Sequence record: NC_047880.1 | Length of the DNA: 64,000 nucleotides | Direction: 5' to 3' (one strand) | Part shown: one piece after another, positions 45,516-54,073 of the stretch | Layout: every line of letters starts with the position of its first letter | How positions within the stretch are numbered: the first letter of the stretch is position 1 | Notes under the pieces: generated by a model | Databases searched by the model: none | Seen by the model: the letters and a program-made list of their open reading frames with translations, nothing else | What the model was told of the DNA's origin: nothing | Translations under genes and position numbers: made by a program

Positions 45516-46193
45516 ATGTTAGTTATCATCAACAATCGTACCGACGAGGTAATGAACCGCCTGAACGTAGCAGTATGGGTTTGTGTGGCATTCGCGTTTG
45601 CGCTTTTAATAGCGTTACGCATTTCGCCGTCATTCGCCAGTATGTCTACAGGCATCGAGAAACCAATTGATGTTTCGTCCGCAGTGTCGCTTGATGCCTC
45701 CCATCGAGTGGCTAAACAATACAAGGAGATAGCTGCATCTGAGCAACAACAAGAACGAAGGCGAGAGAAATCCCTGACGAAAGAACGCCTTCAACAATTG
45801 TATGCACACCTGCCGCACCCGTCAGACCTAGGCAAGCAAATTGATTTGGCCGCAGCAAAGTATGGCGTAGACGCAAAACTCGTCCTCTCTATCTGCGTGT
45901 CCGAGTCGCATCTTCGTGCTAAAGTCAGAAACAAATCTGGTGCTACTGGCTTATGTCAGATAATGCCAAAGATGCACGGGCGTAGTTCCCGCGAGTTACT
46001 TGATTACCGTGTTAACGTTGATCTTGCAGCACGTATCGTTTCAGATCTTACCAAGCAATGCAAAGGCCGTCGTGCCTGTGTGATTCAATCTTACAATACT
46101 GGCTGGGGAGCATACCTGAAGGGTGCGCGAGCGCCACAATACTTAGCTAAAGTACAGACCGAGTATCGCCGCAAGCATACTCCTTCTTCCTGA
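45516..46193 (+). CDS. lytic transglycosylase (SLT domain) with N-terminal membrane anchor
   Basis: AAAKYGVD..LVLSICVSES, SGATGLCQIMP, NVDLAARI, SYNTG; hydrophobic residues about 17-36. Confidence 0.85.
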   Translation: MLVIINNRTDEVMNRLNVAVWVCVAFAFALLIALRISPSFASMSTGIEKPIDVSSAVSLDASHRVAKQYKEIAASEQQQERRREKSLTKERLQQLYAHLPHPSDLGKQIDLAAAKYGVDAKLVLSICVSESHLRAKVRNKSGATGLCQIMPKMHGRSSRELLDYRVNVDLAARIVSDLTKQCKGRRACVIQSYNTGWGAYLKGARAPQYLAKVQTEYRRKHTPSS

Positions 46194-46207
46194 GAGGATA
46201 TAATACA

Positions 46208-46882
46208 ATGAATATTCAATTCGCAGACCTGTGTAAGTTGCAGCGGGAAATATTAAAGCCGTTATCTCCGAACCAAGAGTTCGCTCTGGTTCAGTTGCTC
46301 GTTGACGAAGACTGTGCTGATGAAGTTGCTGGCATCATTGAAGTGATGTTGAAAGAGCATGACCACACAGAACGTCTGTATAGTGCTTGGTTGGAATCGT
46401 CTAAGCACACAAACGTTGTCCCGCTGATCGTTCCTGTTATTGACAGTGAAAACATCATGCGTGACATTCTCAACCGCGATAATAGCACTCTCGGTCTGGC
46501 GGACAGCTTGCGCCACGTTCTTGATGAAGCACACATCCGCATGTTGCGTACTGCTGAATCTCAAACAGAACTGCTGTCTGTATCAACTACTGGTCCTGCA
46601 CTGACTGTTGATTATGTTGTTGGCTGTATGCTCGACGCTCTTAATGAAAGTCTGATGCCTATCGCAGTACGCCCTACTCAGGAACAACGTGCTTCGCGTA
46701 AAGAGAACCTGCTGTCATTCAGCAAACTCAAAGCACTCGACCTGTTCTCTGGCACACTCGATTATAGCCGCGCACTCCGCCCTACTCCTGAACATCGTCA
46801 GGAACGTATGCAGATTGCCGCTTCAATCGCACACAGTGCTGGTAAATCAAACGAAGATTATTCCTTCGTGTTTGAACGCTAA
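46208..46882 (+). CDS. hypothetical protein
   Basis: 224 aa, GAGG RBS. Confidence 0.7.
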   Translation: MNIQFADLCKLQREILKPLSPNQEFALVQLLVDEDCADEVAGIIEVMLKEHDHTERLYSAWLESSKHTNVVPLIVPVIDSENIMRDILNRDNSTLGLADSLRHVLDEAHIRMLRTAESQTELLSVSTTGPALTVDYVVGCMLDALNESLMPIAVRPTQEQRASRKENLLSFSKLKALDLFSGTLDYSRALRPTPEHRQERMQIAASIAHSAGKSNEDYSFVFER

Positions 46883-46891
46883 GTAAAACTC

Positions 46892-46922
46892 AACGGGAGA
46901 CCTTAACTGGTTTCCCGTTTTT
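46892..46922 (+). terminator. rho-independent terminator
   Basis: AACGGGAGACC-TTAACT-GGTTTCCCGTT-TTT. Confidence 0.75.
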
Positions 46923-46953
46923 CATTCTTGTACGAATTTTTGAGATCAACCAA

Positions 46954-47895
46954 ATGACTAAAATGGTTACTATGCCGTGGGAAACTTCTGAGCAACGCAA
47001 TGACTTTTTCTCTACGCAAGTGCGTCAGTTAGACTTACATCCTGTGTGGAGCTATGTCGAAGTGCAAAACAATCCTCAGTGGAAAGGTGACCCGCTGCTT
47101 CACCACATGCACTATCATTCGACAGAACACATGAAGCAGGTAACTGCACTTGCATTGTGGTTGCTGACAGAAGAAATGCAGTACGCATGGCAGTATGAAA
47201 ACGGTGCGCTGCCGCTGGCCGTCGCGTGTATGTTCCACGATATGCACCACTCACTTGGTCGTCTTAATGATTCAGGCAATATTCTCATCGCCAAAGATGC
47301 TTTCAAAAAGTATCTGACCTTCTGTACAGACCAACGTATTATTGATCAGCAAGAGATCATTCTTGAACTGATTGGCATTACCGAATTCCCTTACATGAAG
47401 AACAGACAGCCGAAGAATCTGATTGAGCGCTGTATTCGTGATGCAGATATTCTCTACGGTATGCAGGATGACGCAATGGACGTAGTGCTATTTGCTCTGC
47501 GTCGTGAAGTGAATCGCAACGTCAATACTAATACGCGCTACAACCAAGAACAGTGGGCTACAGGCCGTGTTGACTTCCTCATGTCCGTTGAGATGTACAC
47601 ACCTACTGCGAATGCAATCATGGCCTGGGCATTAGCTGAGGATAACGATCACAACCATCAATCTAAGATTGATAGCTGGGCGAAAGAGAATGTATACTTC
47701 CGTGATACGACTGCACACCAGCTAAAAGCTAATGACGTGTTGTTCATTGATACGCAGGAAGACAGTACTCCGAAACGCCGTCTGATCGAAAGTGTTGAGA
47801 CAGTTCATCCATACCTGAACATATACTTCCACGACGGCTCTGCTATCTCGCTGCGTGATGGAGAGAGCTGCGTGGTATGCGAAAGACGCAAATAA
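46954..47895 (+). CDS. HD-domain phosphohydrolase (PDE-like motif pattern)
   Basis: YHSTEH..V, ACMFHDMHH, IRDADIL. Confidence 0.8.
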   Translation: MTKMVTMPWETSEQRNDFFSTQVRQLDLHPVWSYVEVQNNPQWKGDPLLHHMHYHSTEHMKQVTALALWLLTEEMQYAWQYENGALPLAVACMFHDMHHSLGRLNDSGNILIAKDAFKKYLTFCTDQRIIDQQEIILELIGITEFPYMKNRQPKNLIERCIRDADILYGMQDDAMDVVLFALRREVNRNVNTNTRYNQEQWATGRVDFLMSVEMYTPTANAIMAWALAEDNDHNHQSKIDSWAKENVYFRDTTAHQLKANDVLFIDTQEDSTPKRRLIESVETVHPYLNIYFHDGSAISLRDGESCVVCERRK

Positions 47896-47940
47896 TAGGC
47901 TGAAATAGAGGTTCAGCAAACACCTCATATGTGATATAAT
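47894..47940 (+). promoter_or_regulatory. sigma70-type early promoter with conserved upstream element
   Basis: AATAGGCTGAAATAG; TTCAGC, 17 nt, TATAAT with TGn. Confidence 0.7.
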
Positions 47941-47969
47941 AATCAGACACACATAAAGAGAGAAATAGA

Positions 47970-48662
47970 ATGAGAACTTTAAAACGAATCAACATCGGCT
48001 CAGATACTAACTTTTTTGCGCTTAACGCAATCGTCGTACCTGTTGCTGCAATCTACATGGACGTCACTATGACGGAGTCAGGCAAAGAACTGAAACTACC
48101 TGTACGTGTTGATCCGAACGTATCTCCTGAAGCCATGTCGATATTTGTTGAATACAAACTGGATATTCCTGTGCTTGCCTGTCATCCGATATCTGATACC
48201 GAGTTCTATACAGAGATCGGATTTACGTCAGTTAATGCTCGTCGTTTTAATCTTGAACACAGAGGTGTTTCGCCTATCGCTTACATGGGAATGCTGCCTG
48301 ACGTTACCGAATCTGATGTTGGGGATAAACGATACGTTGCGCCTTTATCAGTTTATCAACTTCCTGAACGTACAGACATTCCTAAACCATTTTCAAAGGT
48401 CCGCAGATACGGCGCTGTATTGCGTACTGATTATTTGCACACACCACTTCTTGATGCTATTGATGACGAAACGTGGGCCGCTCGTTTGCTGGAGCCAACA
48501 GGTATGATGTGGTCTGAATTTCTCGAGGGTGCGACAAACGGTAGATTCACACCAGCCGATGATTTGTCTGAATGCTTCGGCGATCTGGATGCGGAGTTTG
48601 TACCTGAGTCTGACCTAAAGTATCTTGTAGGTCTTAAAGTTAAAAATCGAATGAAGGACTAA
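47970..48662 (+). CDS. hypothetical protein
   Basis: 230 aa after promoter. Confidence 0.65.
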   Translation: MRTLKRINIGSDTNFFALNAIVVPVAAIYMDVTMTESGKELKLPVRVDPNVSPEAMSIFVEYKLDIPVLACHPISDTEFYTEIGFTSVNARRFNLEHRGVSPIAYMGMLPDVTESDVGDKRYVAPLSVYQLPERTDIPKPFSKVRRYGAVLRTDYLHTPLLDAIDDETWAARLLEPTGMMWSEFLEGATNGRFTPADDLSECFGDLDAEFVPESDLKYLVGLKVKNRMKD

Positions 48663-48664
48663 TC

Positions 48665-48883
48665 ATGATGCACGATTTGTATAAGGTAAGTGCTATCCTG
48701 TTCTACGCTCTAGGCGCTATGGCATTCCTTGCACATATCGTAGGCTTCATGAAGAACTGGATGAAGATAAAAGAGATGCGCCAGAAGAGTCGTGACAAGC
48801 TGAAAAAATCAGTAACGCCTATGGCAGCAATTCGTCGTCGTCTTAAACAAGCAAAGCGCGATACACTGCGCAATAAGAGGTAA
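48665..48883 (+). CDS. small membrane-anchored basic protein
   Basis: One hydrophobic helix, Lys/Arg-rich tail. Confidence 0.6.
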   Translation: MMHDLYKVSAILFYALGAMAFLAHIVGFMKNWMKIKEMRQKSRDKLKKSVTPMAAIRRRLKQAKRDTLRNKR

Positions 48884-48887
48884 TGCT

Positions 48888-49220
48888 ATGACAACCAAAC
48901 AACGTAACAGCCAGTATATCCGAAGTCGTGTGATGTTAGCCCTTGATGCAATGTTCGCACGTAAGCAAGAGCAGAACCTCGCTGATGATACAGCGTTCTC
49001 CGTGTTACAGACAGACCTACTTCCTGTTGGGGAAATGATGTTCAGAGATGCCTCAATGATTGAGCGGTGTCTGCAAAGTCCCCACTTCGTTAATCTCTAC
49101 GGCGCGTATACAATCACTCCTGCTCGTAATCAAAAAGACGAGCGCGTTGTTGTTTTCGTTCGTGTGCCTGATATTGATGACGTAGTGCAAGTGGAGGTAC
49201 TGAACGATGGAACAAATTGA
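48888..49220 (+). CDS. hypothetical protein
   Basis: 110 aa, GAGG RBS. Confidence 0.65.
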   Translation: MTTKQRNSQYIRSRVMLALDAMFARKQEQNLADDTAFSVLQTDLLPVGEMMFRDASMIERCLQSPHFVNLYGAYTITPARNQKDERVVVFVRVPDIDDVVQVEVLNDGTN

Positions 49221-49749
49221 TATGTTCGCTTTCAGAGAAGCGCAATCAGTGACACGATTCTCTGAGTACCACAACCCTGCTATTTCTGATGATGATCGTG
49301 CTAGGACTTGGCGTAAAGCACAAGCAGCCTTTGGTGCCGGACCTGCTGGCAGTCCTATTCGTGTTGAAACTCTGCACAAACAAGTTGGCCGTGTGCATGA
49401 ACTTGTTATCGTTCCAAGCGAGTTCTTCCGTGCAAAGCTTGTACAGAACATGGGTGAGCCGCGTGATGCAGATGACCAGACCTACTTAACTAACCTGTAT
49501 ACGCATACAGAAACAGTTGGTGCGTTTGTCCGCGACTTTCTTGAGTACGAACAAGACATGGGACTCGTAGGCTGTATGCCGTTATTCACGGCTGCTACGA
49601 TATATGAAATCCGTCTCGTCATGTTCTGGCATTTGAATAAACTTGAAACAGTAGACGATTGGACTGCATGGTTAAAAGCAGTTAGCGACTACATCGATCA
49701 AGAGAAGTGTTTCGAAATCCACAGTTCGACTGAACTCTATTCCAAATAA
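49207..49749 (+). CDS. hypothetical protein
   Basis: 180 aa, GGAGG RBS. Confidence 0.7.
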   Translation: MEQIDMFAFREAQSVTRFSEYHNPAISDDDRARTWRKAQAAFGAGPAGSPIRVETLHKQVGRVHELVIVPSEFFRAKLVQNMGEPRDADDQTYLTNLYTHTETVGAFVRDFLEYEQDMGLVGCMPLFTAATIYEIRLVMFWHLNKLETVDDWTAWLKAVSDYIDQEKCFEIHSSTELYSK

Positions 49750-49786
49750 GCCGTAATGCTCACGGGCATTATACAGGAGATACAAA

Positions 49787-51085
49787 ATGTTATTCGATAT
49801 CCGTAAGAACTTACTCATGGTTCGTGTTGTTATGGGCGGCCAGCCTGTGTACAACTTCTACAATGCGTGTGGTCGTGAGTATCAACTCACTGGCCTAGTG
49901 TGGAAAGAAATTGTAGAGCGCCAGTTCTCTGGTAGTCTGAACGTACAAACTGCGTGGGGTCAAAGCGTCCGCATTGATCGTCAGACTTTCATCTTCGACG
50001 AATCGGGTGACATGTTGATTCGCCTGTATGTAGGTCCGTACGGTTCAATTGATGTACCTGTCGCTGATGTGACTAACGGCGATTCTATCTTCAACGTGAT
50101 TGACGGTGTGTGCATTGAAGACTCAATGCGTGGTGATATCCGCGCCCACCTGCGGGCAACAAACAGACCTGTTGAAAACATTGTCTGGTATCATGATATG
50201 TCTGATACTGAGCTGCGTATTGTTCTCAAGAGCTTCGGGCAAGGTCCGATGCGTATCGACAAAGCTGACACAGAAGGTCTGCATAAGATCTGGGAAACGT
50301 TTATCGAACGTCACGATGACGTGTACAAATACACGCACAGAGCAATCGGTATTGAAGACGATGAAAAGATTCCTGCTGATCTGCGCCCTGAAAGTCTGCG
50401 CCCGATTTCAAAACGTTCTATGGCTCCGAATAAAACCGTTGAGCTGATGAACGTTGCTCTATTTGACATACTCAAAGTCATGGCCATTATTCCTGTAGAT
50501 GCGGAGAATGGACTTGATCGCCAGCAGTTGCATGACATTGTTTTCGAGTGGTACAAGTCGCTTGAAGATGATCGCCTGCCTACGTACTTGAGAAACCCTC
50601 AGTTCACTGTCAATTTCATCTACGGTATGTTGCCCGACTATGATTGGAAAACAATCAATGACGAGACAGAAGACTATCAACAATCTCTCGTCCGCGCTGC
50701 GCTTATCGAGCTGGAAAAAGAATTCGAATTAAATCCACGCCCAGAATTGAAGCAGACTGGTGCGTGTAAGCTTCCTGAGCTGAGGCTTCTCTCTGATGTG
50801 AAGTGGGCTATAGTGCGCCGCGTCTTACGCACTATTGAGACACGTTGTGCTTTGGGTCATGACGTACTTCGTATCGGCATCCCAGACGTTCTCAAACTTC
50901 TTGAGCAAGATGATGTATTGTCCTCGCTGCACAAAAGCCAGCTTGTGACTCTTGCTAGTGCTTTAAGCCACTTTGAAGCAGCAAAACAAAATACAGAATA
51001 CCTGAAAGAACTAATTACATATGCGGCGCTGAACATAGAACGTCTTTCAGATGAAGCCGACGAAGAGGAAGAAGAAGACGAGTAA
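49787..51085 (+). CDS. hypothetical protein
   Basis: 432 aa, AGGAG RBS, acidic end. Confidence 0.75.
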   Translation: MLFDIRKNLLMVRVVMGGQPVYNFYNACGREYQLTGLVWKEIVERQFSGSLNVQTAWGQSVRIDRQTFIFDESGDMLIRLYVGPYGSIDVPVADVTNGDSIFNVIDGVCIEDSMRGDIRAHLRATNRPVENIVWYHDMSDTELRIVLKSFGQGPMRIDKADTEGLHKIWETFIERHDDVYKYTHRAIGIEDDEKIPADLRPESLRPISKRSMAPNKTVELMNVALFDILKVMAIIPVDAENGLDRQQLHDIVFEWYKSLEDDRLPTYLRNPQFTVNFIYGMLPDYDWKTINDETEDYQQSLVRAALIELEKEFELNPRPELKQTGACKLPELRLLSDVKWAIVRRVLRTIETRCALGHDVLRIGIPDVLKLLEQDDVLSSLHKSQLVTLASALSHFEAAKQNTEYLKELITYAALNIERLSDEADEEEEEDE

Positions 51086-51134
51086 GCTTCTTCCGATTCA
51101 CACTCAATCATACCTAACATTGTAGGGAACAAAA

Positions 51135-51566
51135 ATGGTACAGTTTAATAAAAAGATTCTTGTAGTTGACCGCGTGTCTCTCGTAATGAATGACGAAACT
51201 ATTGCTGCGTGGGGAATAGCTGCTGGTGCTGATCGTGAAGGCGCAGCGACTAACACTGCCCTGATACTCGGCAAGCTGCAACGTGATATCGCTTGTTCGC
51301 TTTATACGAACCATCCAGAAGCTGCGCTGCGTGGAGAAATTCTCTGGACCTCTTACGGTAGCGTGTCACTGCAAGGTCTGTTCGTCATTGCGTCTAATGC
51401 TGACAATGAACTCCTCAACTCTATCGAAGATCAGGATTACCTGTGCCATCTTCGTAGCATTCAGGAAGTTGCCACTGCCTCTGGTTTTAACGTCAACATC
51501 CAGCGCGTTCAAACGTCATTCCCGATCAATACAATCGAAGTACCTGCGTCTCTCTTAAACTCCTGA
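51135..51566 (+). CDS. hypothetical protein
   Basis: 143 aa, AGGGA RBS. Confidence 0.65.
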   Translation: MVQFNKKILVVDRVSLVMNDETIAAWGIAAGADREGAATNTALILGKLQRDIACSLYTNHPEAALRGEILWTSYGSVSLQGLFVIASNADNELLNSIEDQDYLCHLRSIQEVATASGFNVNIQRVQTSFPINTIEVPASLLNS

Positions 51567-51575
51567 GGTGATATC

Positions 51576-51875
51576 ATGACAACAAAGACAATGACAGTAC
51601 CGAATGCTGTAATCGTTTGCGCCATGCGTGAGTCTAGTTCTTTCATGGGGCAGAAAGCAGACGGCTGGGTTTATCTGCCAAGCAAAGAAGCGCTCGAACA
51701 ATTCAAGAAACACATTGAACAACACAAGCGCATTGAGGAGTACAGCTACATTGTGAGCATAGACCTCAAAGTAATCAATGAAGCGGGTATGCTGCAACTC
51801 GCGGACTGCATCAACGACGAAGATGATCGCCCGTGGCTGTGGTCGAATGATGACTTCTCTGTCAAGCTGTGGTAG
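51576..51875 (+). CDS. hypothetical protein
   Basis: 99 aa, GAGGTG RBS. Confidence 0.65.
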   Translation: MTTKTMTVPNAVIVCAMRESSSFMGQKADGWVYLPSKEALEQFKKHIEQHKRIEEYSYIVSIDLKVINEAGMLQLADCINDEDDRPWLWSNDDFSVKLW

Positions 51876-51883
51876 CTATCAAG

Positions 51884-51939
51884 TCTGCACAAAATAGGCT
51901 GAAATAGCGGTATCAATAAAAGCCTCAATATGATACAAT
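51884..51939 (+). promoter_or_regulatory. sigma70-type early promoter with conserved upstream element
   Basis: TCTGCACAAAATAGGCTGAAATAG, 26 nt, TG-a-TACAAT. Confidence 0.65.
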
Positions 51940-51992
51940 AGAAGCGTAGCAGATGCTGCGCTTTTTTACTTTATAGTCTGAGGAGACTCGTT

Positions 51993-52457
51993 ATGTTAGA
52001 ACCAATCAAATTCAATCAGTCTGAAATCGATCTGCAAGACGCAATCATGGAAGTAGCTGTGAGCAACGTTATCAAGCTGACACCTAACTGGACTGATATT
52101 TGTCTTGCTGCTGCCCGCCTGTATCTGACAACCTGCGATATGCTTAACGGAACAATTCCTGAAATCCGTTTCATTCATAACGGAAAGTCTACTCGCCTTG
52201 AGTACCGTCTCAAAGAAGTTGAAGGTACCGAAGATTTTGAAGCTGACGCTGCGGACATTGAAAAGCAGAAAGCAATTCTCGACGCGATGTTTGACACTGC
52301 TGAGAAATCAGAAGACGGATTCAGTTACGGCGACTTGCTGATCTGTTCGGGTCGTTTGTTCATGATTGGTTACGATGGTCTTGCTGGAACCAAAGACGTT
52401 CTGAAATTCCGTCACAACAAAAAGAACTTCACTATGCACCTTGTTGAGGCCAAATAA
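51993..52457 (+). CDS. hypothetical protein with internal tandem duplication
   Basis: Two related approximately 60-aa halves; GAGGAG RBS. Confidence 0.7.
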   Translation: MLEPIKFNQSEIDLQDAIMEVAVSNVIKLTPNWTDICLAAARLYLTTCDMLNGTIPEIRFIHNGKSTRLEYRLKEVEGTEDFEADAADIEKQKAILDAMFDTAEKSEDGFSYGDLLICSGRLFMIGYDGLAGTKDVLKFRHNKKNFTMHLVEAK

Positions 52458-53090
52458 ATGGAAACCTATTTCGTACTCAAACGTCACATGCGCGATAGCC
52501 GCAATCTTGCATTCTTCCACGACGATAAGTGTCTGGCGATGTTCTCAACACGCTTGATGCAACGTGTGCTGGAAATTCTTGAGCTGCCTACAGTTATGTC
52601 CACAATCGTTTGGGCAGACGACAAAGAAACGCACAACCGTCTGTTGATCGTTGACCGCTCATTCATAACACGCGACAACGAAATGCGCACTAACTTTGAA
52701 CTGTCGATGATCACTTCGCCTGCTGGCCGTCCTGATTATTCGATACCTGTTGATGTGTGTCGTATGCACGACGGCATCACACCGTACATCAAAGAGATTC
52801 GCATTGAACAGGCGATTGCTCAACTCATGCTGAAAGAGATTCAAACTCTGCTGCTGTCTGAACCTAAAGAAGACGACGAAGACATGTATGAGTCTCTTTT
52901 AGACGGCGACGAAGTATCGGACATAGAATTCTCTCCTGAGTTCCTGCGTCAGGAAATTGCCGACGGCTATCGCACAGAAGACTACATGCTTCGCCTGAGC
53001 ATTGAAGACGTATTGGAGATACACGATAAAGAAGTCGGAGTATTCATGCCAGACCACGAAGACCAAGACCAAACACCTTTCTATTATTAA
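52458..53090 (+). CDS. hypothetical protein with acidic C-terminus
   Basis: 210 aa, GAGG RBS. Confidence 0.7.
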   Translation: METYFVLKRHMRDSRNLAFFHDDKCLAMFSTRLMQRVLEILELPTVMSTIVWADDKETHNRLLIVDRSFITRDNEMRTNFELSMITSPAGRPDYSIPVDVCRMHDGITPYIKEIRIEQAIAQLMLKEIQTLLLSEPKEDDEDMYESLLDGDEVSDIEFSPEFLRQEIADGYRTEDYMLRLSIEDVLEIHDKEVGVFMPDHEDQDQTPFYY

Positions 53091-53101
53091 GGCAGTACAG
53101 A

Positions 53102-53293
53102 ATGAAAACAACAAGTGACCTTGTCAAAGAACTCAAACAACATGGCGTCTTGATTATTGAAGACCACATGAAACACACTCTGCCTGATTTAACTTTCACG
53201 CTTGATTGTATGTGTATCACTTATTCTAAGCGTGAGATTGAAAGTACCAAGCTGGGCCGTGTTGTTCGTATTCGAATGATGGCCGCACACTAA
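53102..53293 (+). CDS. hypothetical protein
   Basis: 63 aa, AAGG RBS. Confidence 0.55.
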   Translation: MKTTSDLVKELKQHGVLIIEDHMKHTLPDLTFTLDCMCITYSKREIESTKLGRVVRIRMMAAH

Positions 53294-53417
53294 TACATGC
53301 GGTTTGCCTGACGTGCCTCACACTCAACCACGCATTTGCGGGTGGCATAGTCGGGCTCTTTTTGAAATGTGTTTGTTTGACGCGCATTACATAAAGATAA
53401 ACCAACAGGAGGCTGTT

Positions 53418-53756
53418 ATGAACAGATTTACCGCAGTATCGAAAGACGCACAAATCGTTTTGCTGAGTTGCGCTCTCGCAGGCACGCTGAACATTCTAGG
53501 CAGAGAACATCAAGACGGCGGAAAGCAGGTATTCGAATTCACCCTTGCTAAAATTGGCCTCGCACCAGACGAGTTCAAATTCATTCTTGATCAAATGTCG
53601 TCTGATGTGGAAGAAGAAGTCAGATCTGTTACTGGTCTGCCTGACGAAGACGAAGACACCGCGTCTGATTTAGACACTATGGAAGACAGCCCAAACAAAG
53701 GCGAATATGATACAAGCCGCATGAACAAAGATGGCTGGGAAGATTTAGACCGCTAA
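53418..53756 (+). CDS. hypothetical protein with acidic C-terminus
   Basis: ATG 53418 after AGGAGG. Confidence 0.65.
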   Translation: MNRFTAVSKDAQIVLLSCALAGTLNILGREHQDGGKQVFEFTLAKIGLAPDEFKFILDQMSSDVEEEVRSVTGLPDEDEDTASDLDTMEDSPNKGEYDTSRMNKDGWEDLDR

Positions 53757-53763
53757 TGTGAAG

Positions 53764-53819
53764 TCTGCATAAAACAGGCTAAAATAGAGGTTGAGACATA
53801 TATCAACACCTGTTATACT
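53764..53819 (+). promoter_or_regulatory. sigma70-type early promoter with conserved upstream element
   Basis: TCTGCATAAAACAGGCTAAAATAG; TTGAGA, 17 nt, TATACT with TGn. Confidence 0.75.
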
Positions 53820-53826
53820 TATTAGA

Positions 53827-53947
53827 CAGCGAGACATATGTGTTGCTGAGTTCGATTGATAGCTTTTAGCTGTATGTGAACTTTTCCCCCGCATACAGCT
53901 CTTTTTAAAGTGACTTGATTGAGGTTGCTTTAAAAAAGACCAGCTAT
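53827..53947 (+). ncRNA. candidate structured RNA (5' hairpin plus three-way junction), sRNA or regulatory leader
   Basis: Four complementary helices in an ORF-free gap directly after a promoter. Confidence 0.45.
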
Positions 53948-53970
53948 TTGATGTATGCAAAAAGTTGGAC

Positions 53971-54008
53971 GAAATAGCGGTTGTGCAAAATGCTCTGCCT
54001 GCTATACT
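53971..54008 (+). promoter_or_regulatory. second tandem sigma70-type promoter
   Basis: GAAATAG; TTGTGC, 16 nt, TATACT with TGn. Confidence 0.65.
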
Positions 54009-54073
54009 TATATCTCTAGCGCAATAACGCGCACAACGTAGTATCTCATATACAATACTGAGGAGTATTAATC

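Noticed and set aside
46954-47895. DatZ-type dATPase (Z-genome)
   Set aside because: Motif spacing does not match my recollection of DatZ and no purZ is present in the window
53845-53865. GAGTTCGATT as a tRNA T-loop
   Set aside because: Flanks do not form a 5-bp T stem and there is no acceptor or anticodon arm
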